A DNA stretch of 64,000 nucleotides, from positions 1-64,000 of the IMG/VR virus record IMGVR_UViG_3300034071_002198. One strand, written 5' to 3'. This stretch comes from an uncultured virus (IMG/VR IMGVR_UViG_3300034071_002198). Its lineage: Duplodnaviria; Heunggongvirae; Uroviricota; Caudoviricetes. Each line of letters starts with the position of its first letter. Within the stretch, counting starts at the first letter, position 1. The notes under the pieces are model-generated. The model was not told where the DNA came from. It saw only the letters and a list, made by a program, of their open reading frames with translations, and did no database searches. This document shows positions 9,034 to 19,837 of this stretch, piece after piece. The position numbers and the translations under genes were made by a program.

Positions 9034-10710
9034 TTACACTACGTTAAGATCAGATACTACTACCAAGCCATAGTATTCAGGACGTACCATAGTCATTGCG
9101 TAACGAGTCAAGATACCTTTTCTTGGAGTGAAGGTATTTGGATCGTACACAAGTGGAGTCATGATCAATGGAACATATGGAGAGTATACAGCGCCACACT
9201 CTAAGAACTGATTGCCACGGAAACCGAGCAAGATAACGTTCTCAAGCATGTAAGGGTTTTTGTAAACCTTATAACGACTGTTCAACTGACCTACTTTTTG
9301 TACACCAAAAGCATACTTCATTGTATCAGCTGCACCATCAGTATCAGCAGCAAATCCTGGGATAGACTCAAGAATTGTAGCTACAGTTGGAGAAACTACC
9401 ATGAAGTTAGCACCACCACGCAAAGTACGCTGATGGATAATGTTAGACACTTTCTGAAGTTTGATGCCCAAAGTTTGGAACCAACTCATTTGAGTGTAAT
9501 AAACACCATCAGTATTGCTTGTGAAAGCAGTCTTTGCAGTGTTGATTTGATTACCAACCTTAGCTGACCAATACTCAACAGTTGGCGCATTTTGAATTAA
9601 CATATCCAATACTTCCAAATCAATCTCAAGAGAGATGTGCTCAGAAAGAAGGCCAGTCAATTCAGCTTCAGCGTCAAGAGAATGGTAAGCATTCAAGTCT
9701 TGTGCAAATTCTGGAGTCCATTGTGCTTTCAACTTACGAGTTTTAGCACTGATTGTTTGAGACTTCATTTGTACGTTGATCTCAGGGATAACGATTGAAG
9801 TTGCAGACAAACTGTTTGGAACAGATGGGTTACCAGTTCTATCTTCAAAATCACCACGACTGTTAAAGTCTGTTTGTTTATTATAGAAAACAGTAAAGTT
9901 TGCTGCACCAACTGCAATTGCACCACCTTTGTTAACTATAAAATTAACAAAAACTCCAGCAGCACTAGATGATAGAGCAGTAAACTGTTGCAAGTTTTCT
10001 GCATTACCGATAGCCGCAGTAGAAGAAGAAATAGTAAATGCTCTAACACCCAATTGATTCAATGTAGAATCAATAGAAGATGTAGGGATTGTAAGCTTTG
10101 TTAAGCTTTTAGCTACAATTGATGCAGAATAATTACTGTCAAATTCAACATCAGCAAAAGTAGCAGATGCAGAAGCAAATCCTGATACAGATGAAGATAG
10201 TGAAGAACTAAATTGGTTCAAAGAATAACCAAAACGTCCAGCACCATAAAGAGCGCCTTCAGCAAGGTTACCAAAGTTTGCACTTGGAGTACCATAAATA
10301 GAATCACCAGCAGTGAAAGGATTCTTAGTGTTTCCGTATTGGAAATCAAGATAGAATACCAAACCTGCAGGAAGATTCATCGGCTGTACAGAAACGAATT
10401 CTTTAGCAGCGATTTGACCAAATACCTTACGTACCAATGGAAGAGCTACACCAGCCCACTGCTCACCAGTGCCAGGAGTAAAGGTTGCACCACCAGAGTT
10501 AAGGCCGCCGTTAGTGTTAGAAGATTCAACTACAAGCTGTTTAGCTTGGTTTTCGAGGATTACGGCCATGTTGTTGGCGTCGTAATCATGCATGCCCTCG
10601 AGAAGGCCTGACTTGCTCCACTTTTTAGCAAGACGCTGAGCAACACCATGTTGATCAGAGAAAGCTGTACCAGCGGATTCAGTCAATAAAGATTGTACTA
10701 AATTTGCCAT
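9034..10710 (-). CDS. Major capsid protein (T4 gp23-like)
   Basis: KWSKSGLLEG, LPLVRKVF, VSVQPMNLPAGLVFYLD, RKLKAQWTPEFAQDLNAYH, YSPYVPL, FTPRKGILTRY. Confidence 0.96.
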   Translation of the reverse strand: MANLVQSLLTESAGTAFSDQHGVAQRLAKKWSKSGLLEGMHDYDANNMAVILENQAKQLVVESSNTNGGLNSGGATFTPGTGEQWAGVALPLVRKVFGQIAAKEFVSVQPMNLPAGLVFYLDFQYGNTKNPFTAGDSIYGTPSANFGNLAEGALYGAGRFGYSLNQFSSSLSSSVSGFASASATFADVEFDSNYSASIVAKSLTKLTIPTSSIDSTLNQLGVRAFTISSSTAAIGNAENLQQFTALSSSAAGVFVNFIVNKGGAIAVGAANFTVFYNKQTDFNSRGDFEDRTGNPSVPNSLSATSIVIPEINVQMKSQTISAKTRKLKAQWTPEFAQDLNAYHSLDAEAELTGLLSEHISLEIDLEVLDMLIQNAPTVEYWSAKVGNQINTAKTAFTSNTDGVYYTQMSWFQTLGIKLQKVSNIIHQRTLRGGANFMVVSPTVATILESIPGFAADTDGAADTMKYAFGVQKVGQLNSRYKVYKNPYMLENVILLGFRGNQFLECGAVYSPYVPLIMTPLVYDPNTFTPRKGILTRYAMTMVRPEYYGLVVVSDLNVV

Positions 10711-10734
10711 TTTGTTGTTAATTTTGTTTTTTTG

Positions 10735-11757
10735 TTATTTGATTCCAGCAAGTTTTTGCCATCTACTCATCATATTATCTTGCTCGATAATAGGTTGCTT
10801 AGGTGCCATACCAGCTGCTTGTGAAGCAAAACCAATTGATTCTTTAAGTTGCTTCTTAGATTCGAAAGACTCTTTCAAAGTTTCAAAAGTGTTCTTAACC
10901 TCAGTTACAGATGTAGCACGGTCAAGAGCATTAATTACTTTTACTTTTTGAGATTCAGACAAAGTCTTAGCTTTAAACAACTTGTTCATGTAAAGATACT
11001 TAGCATTAAGAAGATTAACCTCTTGTAGGCTATGACGAAGTTCTTCGATAGTAGAGTTAGCTTCTTCAAGCTCTTCTTCTACTTTATCTTTCTTTTCGTC
11101 TTCCTCTTTGTCATGTTTTTTCTTCTCTTCAAGCTCTGGGTAATTCATACCCTCTTCTTCAAGTTCAGCAAGAATTTCATCTAATGAAATTTCAGCTTCA
11201 GCTTCAGAATCAGCGTCTGCTTCGTCAGAAGGAATGTCCATGCCCATGTCTTGTGAGCCAGCCATTACAGATTGAAGAACTTGTTTAAGGTCACCAAGAG
11301 TGATGTCGATGATTTTAGTATCGTCACCAACTTCTTCTCCACCTTCAACTTTTTCTTCCTCTTCTTCTTCAGCTTCTTCTTCTTCCTCTTCTTCTTCAGC
11401 TTCATTTAAATTTTCGTCTTTCATTTTGTCTTCATCAGCTTCTTCCATTTTATCGTGGTCAGCTCCGTCAACTTTAGAAAGCTCTTCGAGTTCAGCAAGA
11501 ATTTCTTCTAGCTCAGAATCGTTAATGCTATAGTCTCCTTCCATTCGTGGTTGATCCATAGCGTCATTCATTTCTTCGATATTCTCTTCTGCTTCAGCTT
11601 GATAAGAATCATCTCCCATTTCTTCAGATAGCTTCAAACGAAGCATCTCTTGAATCTTAGGTTCGAAAGCTTCTTCAAGAGCGGCTTTGGCGTTAGCCAT
11701 AGCAGATGCTCTTAGGGCTTTAGCATCAAGGATAGCGTCTTGATACAATTTACTCAT
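10735..11757 (-). CDS. Prohead core scaffolding protein (gp22-like)
   Basis: Highly acidic coiled-coil protein between protease and capsid genes. Confidence 0.8.
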   Translation of the reverse strand: MSKLYQDAILDAKALRASAMANAKAALEEAFEPKIQEMLRLKLSEEMGDDSYQAEAEENIEEMNDAMDQPRMEGDYSINDSELEEILAELEELSKVDGADHDKMEEADEDKMKDENLNEAEEEEEEEEAEEEEEEKVEGGEEVGDDTKIIDITLGDLKQVLQSVMAGSQDMGMDIPSDEADADSEAEAEISLDEILAELEEEGMNYPELEEKKKHDKEEDEKKDKVEEELEEANSTIEELRHSLQEVNLLNAKYLYMNKLFKAKTLSESQKVKVINALDRATSVTEVKNTFETLKESFESKKQLKESIGFASQAAGMAPKQPIIEQDNMMSRWQKLAGIK

Positions 11758-11898
11758 AATTAATGATTGTGTCGGGAATTGCTTATTAGAATGTAAAGCA
11801 ATATAAGGATTTTTTTATAGTAGTGCCATATTAGATCATGGCGCATATGCAATAAATATCTAAGTACGTAGTAAAATACATAAACTTAGAAATATTTT

Positions 11899-12381
11899 TT
11901 ATTTACTACCTAAAAATACTAGCACTTCAACGTTTCCGTTATCGAGAGTTTTATAAAAAGTTATATTAGTCGGTATTGTTTGGCCTGAGACTTTTGATTT
12001 TGCTTTTTGAGTTGCTGCAAATTGCGCTGCTGATTGGGTTGCACCTGTTGCTTTGCCTTGTGCTATTTTTACTCCTTTACCTATCATGCCTTGTAGCATT
12101 TCTATAGATACATCAACAGATAATCCACCAGCTGCAGGTTTGTAACCTTGTTTTTCAATTTGTTTTGCAGCTTTAGAACTTGTAATATCAATATCATCGC
12201 TAGCTTGTTGAACTATTTGTTGAGGTTCTTGAGCTTTAGTTTGTTGAGGACTTCCAAATAAAGATGCCACTGTCATTGCAGCACCAACACCAAGGTCTTT
12301 TAAACCTAATTCGTGTATTTCACTTTCTGATAAAAGTCCTGCTAACTTTTTTAATCTTAATATTTCTAATGAGTTATCCAT
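11899..12381 (-). CDS. Hypothetical protein, probable internal head protein
   Basis: N-terminal RLKKLAGLLSE motif resembles the scaffold C-terminus; internal hydrophobic segment. Confidence 0.6.
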   Translation of the reverse strand: MDNSLEILRLKKLAGLLSESEIHELGLKDLGVGAAMTVASLFGSPQQTKAQEPQQIVQQASDDIDITSSKAAKQIEKQGYKPAAGGLSVDVSIEMLQGMIGKGVKIAQGKATGATQSAAQFAATQKAKSKVSGQTIPTNITFYKTLDNGNVEVLVFLGSK

Positions 12382-13010
12382 TATTTAATACAGCAAACAC
12401 CAGATTGAGAACAAATAATGTCTGATATTAACTGATGTATTTTATTATCTTTATGTTTAACTGTATCGTATTCTAATGATTCTCTAAGTCCACCCATTGG
12501 TTTCATGTATGCACCATAGGTTGATGGTGTAGATACAAAGTCCCAACAAATAAGATCTAAATCATCTTCAACTTGAACAAGACCTTCACCTATTGGAGTA
12601 ACAGAACCCATAGCTCTAGATGAAATACCAACAGTGATATTGTTTTTGAATAATTCTCTTAATATATTTCCAGAAGGAGTAGGAAGTATTTCAACATCGC
12701 CATATAAATCTTTACCTTCCCAGAAAAGTCTTATTATATTATGACTAACATTCTTAAGGTTAATAATAGAAGATTCTGGGTGATCTAGTTCACCTAAAGC
12801 TCTATTCTCTGAAATTGGTCCAGCAATGTACTTCTGTACTTGCACAAATAAAGTTTGATAAGGATATATTCTTTTATTTGCATTAGGTTTATCAGTAGCC
12901 TGAACAAGTCCAGACACTACCATATTACCATTAGCTAAACGACGAACTTCAGTCAAAGACTGCTGGATTGGTTGAAAAGCACTATATTCTATTAAGAGTT
13001 GTTTGTTCAT
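12381..13010 (-). CDS. Prohead core protease (T4 gp21-like)
   Basis: NANKRIYP, ALGELDHP, VSHNI, GISSRAMGS, WDFVSTPS. Confidence 0.95.
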   Translation of the reverse strand: MNKQLLIEYSAFQPIQQSLTEVRRLANGNMVVSGLVQATDKPNANKRIYPYQTLFVQVQKYIAGPISENRALGELDHPESSIINLKNVSHNIIRLFWEGKDLYGDVEILPTPSGNILRELFKNNITVGISSRAMGSVTPIGEGLVQVEDDLDLICWDFVSTPSTYGAYMKPMGGLRESLEYDTVKHKDNKIHQLISDIICSQSGVCCIK

Positions 13011-13011
13011 A

Positions 13012-14334
13012 TTATTCTGGATATGTAGAATATACTACTTTATTTTTTTCTAATGTTTGTATATCTTGTTTATTGTTAGAAGGCACATTAACAACTTGTC
13101 CTGTTGATCTAGCGGTTGTCATTTCTTTGTCAGAAATTTTTTCTTTCAACTTCTTTACAGCCTCTTTAAGCTTACCCATCTTCTCTTTGTCATCTTTATT
13201 CTTATCTATATATTTTCTTAAAAGAGTCTGAATATCTTCTGGTTTATAATTTAGTTCTTGCCCAATAGAAGGTCCCATTTGATCTCCTGTTTCTGGTGCG
13301 GCTCCTTTAAGGGAATCAAATTTTTTCCAAGCTGCATCTCTTTCTATTTTTTCTGTATCAGCTTGATTTTCTTGGGCTTTTTGAGTATGGTGATCTATAG
13401 TATTGATCTGATAGTCTTTCTGTGACCCATCTTCCATTTCAACGGTAAGAGTACCTCCAACTATTTCAATTACTTTACCTTTGCCATCAGCGGTGTGAAC
13501 TTCTGAACCTACGTGATGTTTCCAGTGGCTATCTTCGTTAATTAAATCTTTTTTTTTAAGAGAATTGTAAAGATCTTTAAGTGCATCTTCTTTCATCATT
13601 TGAACTCCCTTAGGCTTTCCTTTTTTATTCTCTTTTGTAGATACTTTAGTATTTGCTTTATCAATATTTTGACCTTTCATCTTTTTCATTTGACGGTCCT
13701 TATTGACAAGATTATTCTTTTTAACTTCTTCAGTTCCAAGCTTAGCATCTGCTTTTGCTACATCTTTTGCATTAGCAAACATCTCTTCATCAAATACATG
13801 AGGATTCTTTTGAAGCATTAATGCAGCTTTGTTTAGAGCTTTAATATATGAATCGTTAGTAAGTTCTTTTTCTTTATCTAGTAACATTTGTACTCCTTTT
13901 TTCAAGAAGTAAGGATTTACCCTATCAACTGCTGGGTCTGTAGGAACATTATTATCAACTTCGTTTAAGGCTTCTTCTTCTTTAGAAAAAACATTTGGTC
14001 CGAAATTCTTTATCATATCAGCCTTTTGTTTTTCTATCATTTTTTCAATATAATCTGTAGGGGATGCATTATACATACCTTCTAAACTAGCTAAATAGTC
14101 TTTAGCAGCTTTTTTATCATAATCTTTACGATGAGTATCTAATTTCTGATCTAATTTAGAATTATCTTGTAATTCACTAATAATACCCTTATTCTTAAGG
14201 ATCTTTACAGCATCATCAAAAGATGTAAGGTTGGTTACCCAAGGAAGGTTTTTATCACGACGTACTTCGTAAATAAACTTATCACGACTTACTTCACCGG
14301 CTTTATGCTTACGATATAATTCAATTGTTCTCAT
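13012..14334 (-). CDS. Hypothetical head-module protein (Lys/Glu-rich)
   Basis: Long ORF with own late motif at 14339-14346. Confidence 0.75.
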   Translation of the reverse strand: MRTIELYRKHKAGEVSRDKFIYEVRRDKNLPWVTNLTSFDDAVKILKNKGIISELQDNSKLDQKLDTHRKDYDKKAAKDYLASLEGMYNASPTDYIEKMIEKQKADMIKNFGPNVFSKEEEALNEVDNNVPTDPAVDRVNPYFLKKGVQMLLDKEKELTNDSYIKALNKAALMLQKNPHVFDEEMFANAKDVAKADAKLGTEEVKKNNLVNKDRQMKKMKGQNIDKANTKVSTKENKKGKPKGVQMMKEDALKDLYNSLKKKDLINEDSHWKHHVGSEVHTADGKGKVIEIVGGTLTVEMEDGSQKDYQINTIDHHTQKAQENQADTEKIERDAAWKKFDSLKGAAPETGDQMGPSIGQELNYKPEDIQTLLRKYIDKNKDDKEKMGKLKEAVKKLKEKISDKEMTTARSTGQVVNVPSNNKQDIQTLEKNKVVYSTYPE

Positions 14335-14345
14335 GCTAATAAATA

Positions 14346-14477
14346 TTAGTGTCTTCCTTGTCCACGATAATTCTTTTCTGAACGGTCGTGTTTGTTAAAT
14401 GATTTTTTTGCAACTCCTTTTTTTTTCTTACCAAATGTAACTTTAGCTGCGGTACCTGAACCTTTTGCTTTTGCCAT
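14346..14477 (-). CDS. Small basic 43-aa protein (MAKAKGSG...KNYRGQGRH), not in ORF track
   Basis: Hand-translated; TAATG-coupled to upstream gene; YRGQG end resembles small basic T4-like phage peptides. Confidence 0.75.
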   Translation of the reverse strand: MAKAKGSGTAAKVTFGKKKKGVAKKSFNKHDRSEKNYRGQGRH

Positions 14478-15436
14478 TACTTAAACTTTTTTATGTTTTG
14501 ATTAAGTTCTGAAACCATTTCCTTGATTTTTGCAAGGGCTTTTTCTGTGTGTACTTTATATTTAAGACCACCTTCACCTTCAGATAATTCTGTTTTTAGG
14601 CGGTTTACATATTCAAATAATCTATTGATCTCTTGTACTTTCCTTCTTACTTCACGAACTGCTTGGTGGAATTGATCTGATTTGCCTCTAGTCTTAGTTT
14701 CAGTTTTAAACTTTGAATAGCTTTCATCTAAACTACGCCTTTGAAAATAATCGCTAGTACCTTTGTCGCTATAATCTTTTTCATAATAGTTAGGATCTTT
14801 ACGATACTCACCATAATCACTTACAGGTTTATATTTGTCAGTAAACCAATCATAGCTGTCTTCATTATCATCTTGCTCCTCGGGTTCATAATCTGGATTT
14901 ACATCTTCACTTACAGTTTTATTTAAATTTGATTTAATATACTCACTAAAATCTTGACCATAAGTTAAAACTGGCAGTTGTTTTCCTAATTTTTTTTCTA
15001 GATCTTGTATTAATTTTAATTGCTTAATACGATTTTCATATGCTGAAATTACAGAATAGTTTTTAGTTTCACGAGCTTTTGCTAATAATCCTTCTACTCT
15101 AGCTAATTCTTGAGAATTTGTTTTAATAGAATCACTTAACTCTTCAAATAGTTTTTTATATATAAAACCGCCTTTTGATGGACGATTAGGTATAGATGGA
15201 GCATCTTCCCAATCCCACTTATTTTTCATGTATACTTTAGCTTTACCGGCTGCTAATTTAGGTTCAACATCTTTCTGCTCTTCTTCTTTTTTTACTTTCT
15301 TTTTATTTTTTGTTGTATACCAGTCTTGAGTAACAGGATTATTGACTGTTGATGGAGTCATTCCTGCACCAGTACTAGTCACAGACATTTCTTGACGTAG
15401 TTTTTGAGTAGCAAATTGATTGTTGAAATTAGCCAT
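14477..15436 (-). CDS. Hypothetical head-module protein
   Basis: ORF between portal and protease, coiled-coil C-terminus. Confidence 0.75.
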   Translation of the reverse strand: MANFNNQFATQKLRQEMSVTSTGAGMTPSTVNNPVTQDWYTTKNKKKVKKEEEQKDVEPKLAAGKAKVYMKNKWDWEDAPSIPNRPSKGGFIYKKLFEELSDSIKTNSQELARVEGLLAKARETKNYSVISAYENRIKQLKLIQDLEKKLGKQLPVLTYGQDFSEYIKSNLNKTVSEDVNPDYEPEEQDDNEDSYDWFTDKYKPVSDYGEYRKDPNYYEKDYSDKGTSDYFQRRSLDESYSKFKTETKTRGKSDQFHQAVREVRRKVQEINRLFEYVNRLKTELSEGEGGLKYKVHTEKALAKIKEMVSELNQNIKKFK

Positions 15437-16286
15437 TATTGATTGTTTTTAACTCATCAATCAAATCAAAATATTGTAAAATTCCTGTTATAGTATCGTC
15501 TTTAATAGACTGATTATCTTTAATAGGAGTTACAAATTTTAATACCTCTTCTAATTTGATTTTAACAACCTGGTCTTTTGAAGACTTTTTTAATTCAGTT
15601 AGTTCTTTTTGAATTTGATCTAACTGAGCATTTAAATATATTTTAAGATTCTTTGTGTCAGAAATATTTGTGATGTATTCTTTTAACACCTCTTTCTGTT
15701 TTTCAGACATGTCTTGATACTTGTTATTGAACTTCTCAACCATTAACTTGTATGCCAGAAGCCTGATCTCTTTATCCTCTTTCATAAGATCGTCTACTAT
15801 AGACTTTGGTACTTTTGAATCAGAAAGATCTTGCTTTGTTAAGTGCTCAAGAAGATTAATCTTATTTACAATAAGCTGTTTAGTGTCTGATAACTTTGAG
15901 TTTTGAGACTCAAGAATAGTATAAATTGAAGCATAAGATTTATAATGATCTATCTTAGCCTTAAAGAAATTATCTATGTCGTAGTTATTCTTAATCTCTT
16001 TTATTAAGTTATATTTCAACTTGTTTATCTTCTCATAATCAAGCTTCTTGTATTGCTCAATAAGAGTAGAGACTAAGATTTCAGCTTTAGCTTCTGATAG
16101 TTTAGGGCTAGTTGAAAAGGCACTATAAAGGCCATATTCTTTACCTAATTCTGTATTTGTAAAATACTTTTTAAGTATCTTAACAGACTTTGAATCTTGA
16201 TTATTCAAGAGATCGGAAGTGGTCTGTCTAACTAGTAGTTCAAATAAAATACCAGTATTGCGATATTTGGAATGTTTTATTGCCAT
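15429..16286 (-). CDS. Hypothetical helical protein (prohead core candidate)
   Basis: MAIKHSKYRNTGILFELLVRQ start, directly after portal; late motif at 16311-16318. Confidence 0.75.
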   Translation of the reverse strand: MAIKHSKYRNTGILFELLVRQTTSDLLNNQDSKSVKILKKYFTNTELGKEYGLYSAFSTSPKLSEAKAEILVSTLIEQYKKLDYEKINKLKYNLIKEIKNNYDIDNFFKAKIDHYKSYASIYTILESQNSKLSDTKQLIVNKINLLEHLTKQDLSDSKVPKSIVDDLMKEDKEIRLLAYKLMVEKFNNKYQDMSEKQKEVLKEYITNISDTKNLKIYLNAQLDQIQKELTELKKSSKDQVVKIKLEEVLKFVTPIKDNQSIKDDTITGILQYFDLIDELKTINNG

Positions 16287-16326
16287 AGTTTTTTTACGAG
16301 TCCGCTAGTAATAAATATCTAAATAT

Positions 16327-18237
16327 TTAATCTAAACCATTAATTATATTGTCTTCACTTAAAAGATCTGGTTGCTCAAACAAATTAACTTTTCTTTGGT
16401 GTTTCTTTGTCATTGCATTCAAAGTACTTTTATTCTTTAAATATTCGGCCATTGTTCCTTCCAATGCTAATGGGCTTCCTCCTTTATAGTTTGGCTTCAT
16501 ATCATCCTCTCCTCTTTCTGCATTTTTACTATAAGCAGCTTGACCAATTGGATCACGACCAAATCTAGAATTATCAGTACCAATGATAGAAGTTACAGCT
16601 TTTGGACGACCAGGCTTTTTCTCATCATAACCATAAGGTACATTCAACATAGAATCTTCTTTGCCTCCATATAGACTAGCTATCTGGTGAGGCGTTCCGT
16701 ATGCCTGTCCTGATTCTGCAGGATCATTGCCTTCTTCTTGGATCTGTGCGTATCTAAACTCTCTTTTCTTATCTTCAATAATCATATCTTCAAGTTCAGC
16801 ATATTGATCTTCAGAGAAGTGGAATATCTTATCGTAAATAAAATCTCTAGGTAATAATGATCCTTCCATTGCTTGTTTAGCCAAATCAATCTTCTCTTTA
16901 AAGAGTGCTATCCTTTCTTGATCGTAAATAATAGATGGGTTAGTTAATGAAAGGCTAAAGTTAGCGGCAGACTCATTAGTATATCCATGTGCGTATAAGT
17001 GAACTAATGCAATCTTAGTTAATTCACTAATGATAATTCTTTGTAGTCTTTCAATAGTTCTAGCAAAACGAATATCTTCTGCAGCAAGTGTAGCTTTACC
17101 AGTTAAGTCTTTTTCATAACCCATGAAAGCTTTAGGTATTTTAAGGGCTGCAAATAACTTTTCACGGAAATAAGCTACGTCTTCAATACCATTATAATCA
17201 AGACCTTTTGCAGTATCTATTTTAGTAGATGTATCATTACCTCTTACAGGGATAAAGAAGTCTTCTAATAGGTTTTGCTGATTATATTTAAGATTATAAT
17301 TACCTGTATTTGGATCAATCAAAGGAGTTTTCTTCATCTTTTGAATCATCTTCTGCATGTAATTATCTACTTCACCTGGAGGTATAGCTCCTACATTTAC
17401 ATAGAAAATACGTCTTTCAGGTGCTCTTACAATACGATGAATCAACATCGCATCTTCAATCAACACATACTGTTTAAACAACTTACGACCTGGTTCTAAA
17501 TAAGATCTACCATAAGGAAGATAGTTAACATCTCCAGTTAATCTGAAGTGTGCCATTTCAAAGTTATCAAACCAAATACCTGTATCATTGTTTTTTTGTG
17601 AACTATATCCTGTAGATGAAGCCAAAGTTGCATTTGGATCATACTTAAATCTTACTTCTTGTGGGTTTTCTGGATTATATCCTTCTTCACGGATAATATT
17701 ATACGCTGAAAAAGGAATTACATTATAAACACCATAATTTTCTGCAATTTCTAATTTGAGGTAGAAGTCACCGTATTTAGCCATGTTGCGAACCCAAGAC
17801 CAAAGATTAAATTCAATATTAAGTACAGAATAAAATAAATTGTAGAGGAGTTTCTGAATGTTTTCATCAGAAGATCTAATTTGTAATACTTCACCTTGTT
17901 CATTTTTAAGTGTACATTCGTCTGCTACGATATCTAATGCTGAACAACAAATAGCATCTGTATCCATCGCGTCATAGTCTGCATATATTTGAACCCTTGC
18001 TGATTGGTAGTTCTGTGCTAAGTTAAGGTTTACACCATAAGCTGTTGATGTAGTATATACCTTATTAAATCTATCAATTAAAGAGTTGGTTTGAATAACA
18101 CCAGATCTTTGTATAGTATCTGTGTCAATTACTTTAAGCATATCTCCACCCTCATTACGAATGATAACATCTGTAGAAAACAGACGTCTTAAGGTAGAGA
18201 ATAAATTGTTTTGTTTTTGCGGTTGTTGTTCTGCCAT
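16327..18237 (-). CDS. Portal protein (T4 gp20-like)
   Basis: EDAMLIHRIVRAPERRIFYVNVG, LEDFFIPVRG, LFAALKIPK. Confidence 0.96.
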   Translation of the reverse strand: MAEQQPQKQNNLFSTLRRLFSTDVIIRNEGGDMLKVIDTDTIQRSGVIQTNSLIDRFNKVYTTSTAYGVNLNLAQNYQSARVQIYADYDAMDTDAICCSALDIVADECTLKNEQGEVLQIRSSDENIQKLLYNLFYSVLNIEFNLWSWVRNMAKYGDFYLKLEIAENYGVYNVIPFSAYNIIREEGYNPENPQEVRFKYDPNATLASSTGYSSQKNNDTGIWFDNFEMAHFRLTGDVNYLPYGRSYLEPGRKLFKQYVLIEDAMLIHRIVRAPERRIFYVNVGAIPPGEVDNYMQKMIQKMKKTPLIDPNTGNYNLKYNQQNLLEDFFIPVRGNDTSTKIDTAKGLDYNGIEDVAYFREKLFAALKIPKAFMGYEKDLTGKATLAAEDIRFARTIERLQRIIISELTKIALVHLYAHGYTNESAANFSLSLTNPSIIYDQERIALFKEKIDLAKQAMEGSLLPRDFIYDKIFHFSEDQYAELEDMIIEDKKREFRYAQIQEEGNDPAESGQAYGTPHQIASLYGGKEDSMLNVPYGYDEKKPGRPKAVTSIIGTDNSRFGRDPIGQAAYSKNAERGEDDMKPNYKGGSPLALEGTMAEYLKNKSTLNAMTKKHQRKVNLFEQPDLLSEDNIINGLD

Positions 18238-18241
18238 ATTA

Positions 18242-19837
18242 TTAAATTAACCAAGTTAAATCTTGTGTTTCGCCACCCATAGGAGTATTAATATTCATAG
18301 CCCAAGGGTTTTGATTATATTGATTATTAGCATTATAACTAATACTATCATCTTGAGTTCTAGTAAAACTATTTAATGCAGCATAAGTTAAATTTTCTGC
18401 TGTCTTTCTATATCTAAGGCTTGTTTCTCTTAAATACATTGCGATAGCAAAAGACATAACTAAGTCATCATTATAACTTTGCATTGCTTGTGCTTTACCA
18501 TTTTTCCAAATAAAGACTCTTAACTCTTCTAAAAGTCTTATCGACTTTATGTTTGCTAATTTAGTCTCTATAAAATCTCTCATCTTTTCTATAACTAAAG
18601 GCCTAGTTTTTTCTGTTGTACTAAAGCCAGGAACTAAACCAGTCTGAGTATTAAATCTATCTACATACTTGGTAAAGTCCATGTTTTGATCTTGCTTATA
18701 ACTATAATGTACATTGTTATAACCTCTTTCTAATACTGTTTGAATTACATCCCAACCTATATTAGCATTCTCAATTACAACTAAGGCATTATTATATTCA
18801 GATGCAACACTTAATATTATATTAGCGTAATCTCTAGTATCTATTTGCGACTTATACTCTGCTACTTGAGTTACAGATTCTATATCTATAACGTGAAAAG
18901 AAGAGTAATCTTTACCATCACCACGTGCAACGTCAGCAACCAGGGCATAATATTTCATTGGATCGGGATATTCCCATAACCACAATGCTTTATCTAATCC
19001 ACGCCTTTCTATTGGTTCTGAGATCATATTCTGCTCATACCAATTTAGTATATCTGGTTCTATAACTGTATTACCTGATGTGGCAAAGTCGCAATCACAC
19101 TCTTGAGCAGCATTACGCTTACCTAATATTGTATCTTGCTCATCTCTCCAATCTTGATTACGTTCAGGGTGAACTGTCCAAGGAAGAGAGATCGGTAAAA
19201 ACCTATTTTGTTGTTCTTGAGCAGATGTATAAGTTTTGTGAAACCAGTTACCTACGCCATTAGGAGTAGATAATGCTATACAACCACCACCTGTTGCCAA
19301 TGTTTGTTGAGCAGCTGTAAAGATAGTTTCAATATTATCAATAAACGCAGCCTCATCTATAACTAGTAGCGATACAGCTTCAGAACGACCAGCATCACCA
19401 GCAGCAGATACTGCTTTTACTTGAGAACCATTTACTAATTTTAGACTAAGTCTATTATCTTCAGCCGTTCCTATCTTAAGCCAACTTGGTAAGTTTTGAT
19501 AAGCAAATCTTACTTTAGTTACCATGTTCTTGGCAGTATCTTGCTTAGTAGCAATAACAAGAACGTTTTTATCTTTATTAAAGAGCATTAACCATAATGA
19601 GTAAGCAGATACTAAGGTAGATATACCTAACTGCCTTGACTTATTTATGATTGAATAATCATGTTTCTGAAACAGTTTAAGAACCTTTTCTTGAAACGGA
19701 TAAAGATTAAAGAATTGCCTACCTCTTTGTGGGTGCTGGATCATATAGTACTTCTTCATGAAGTATACAGGATCTGTCGCGCACTTGACAAACTCTTCTC
19801 TAATCTTTTCTTTTATCGATATCTGGTTGTCAGACAT
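18242..19837 (-). CDS. terL: Terminase large subunit (T4 gp17-like)
   Basis: KSRQLGIST, LVIDEAAF Walker B, STPNG, QECDCDF, ADVARG, NDDLVMS nuclease motifs. Confidence 0.96.
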   Translation of the reverse strand: MSDNQISIKEKIREEFVKCATDPVYFMKKYYMIQHPQRGRQFFNLYPFQEKVLKLFQKHDYSIINKSRQLGISTLVSAYSLWLMLFNKDKNVLVIATKQDTAKNMVTKVRFAYQNLPSWLKIGTAEDNRLSLKLVNGSQVKAVSAAGDAGRSEAVSLLVIDEAAFIDNIETIFTAAQQTLATGGGCIALSTPNGVGNWFHKTYTSAQEQQNRFLPISLPWTVHPERNQDWRDEQDTILGKRNAAQECDCDFATSGNTVIEPDILNWYEQNMISEPIERRGLDKALWLWEYPDPMKYYALVADVARGDGKDYSSFHVIDIESVTQVAEYKSQIDTRDYANIILSVASEYNNALVVIENANIGWDVIQTVLERGYNNVHYSYKQDQNMDFTKYVDRFNTQTGLVPGFSTTEKTRPLVIEKMRDFIETKLANIKSIRLLEELRVFIWKNGKAQAMQSYNDDLVMSFAIAMYLRETSLRYRKTAENLTYAALNSFTRTQDDSISYNANNQYNQNPWAMNINTPMGGETQDLTWLI

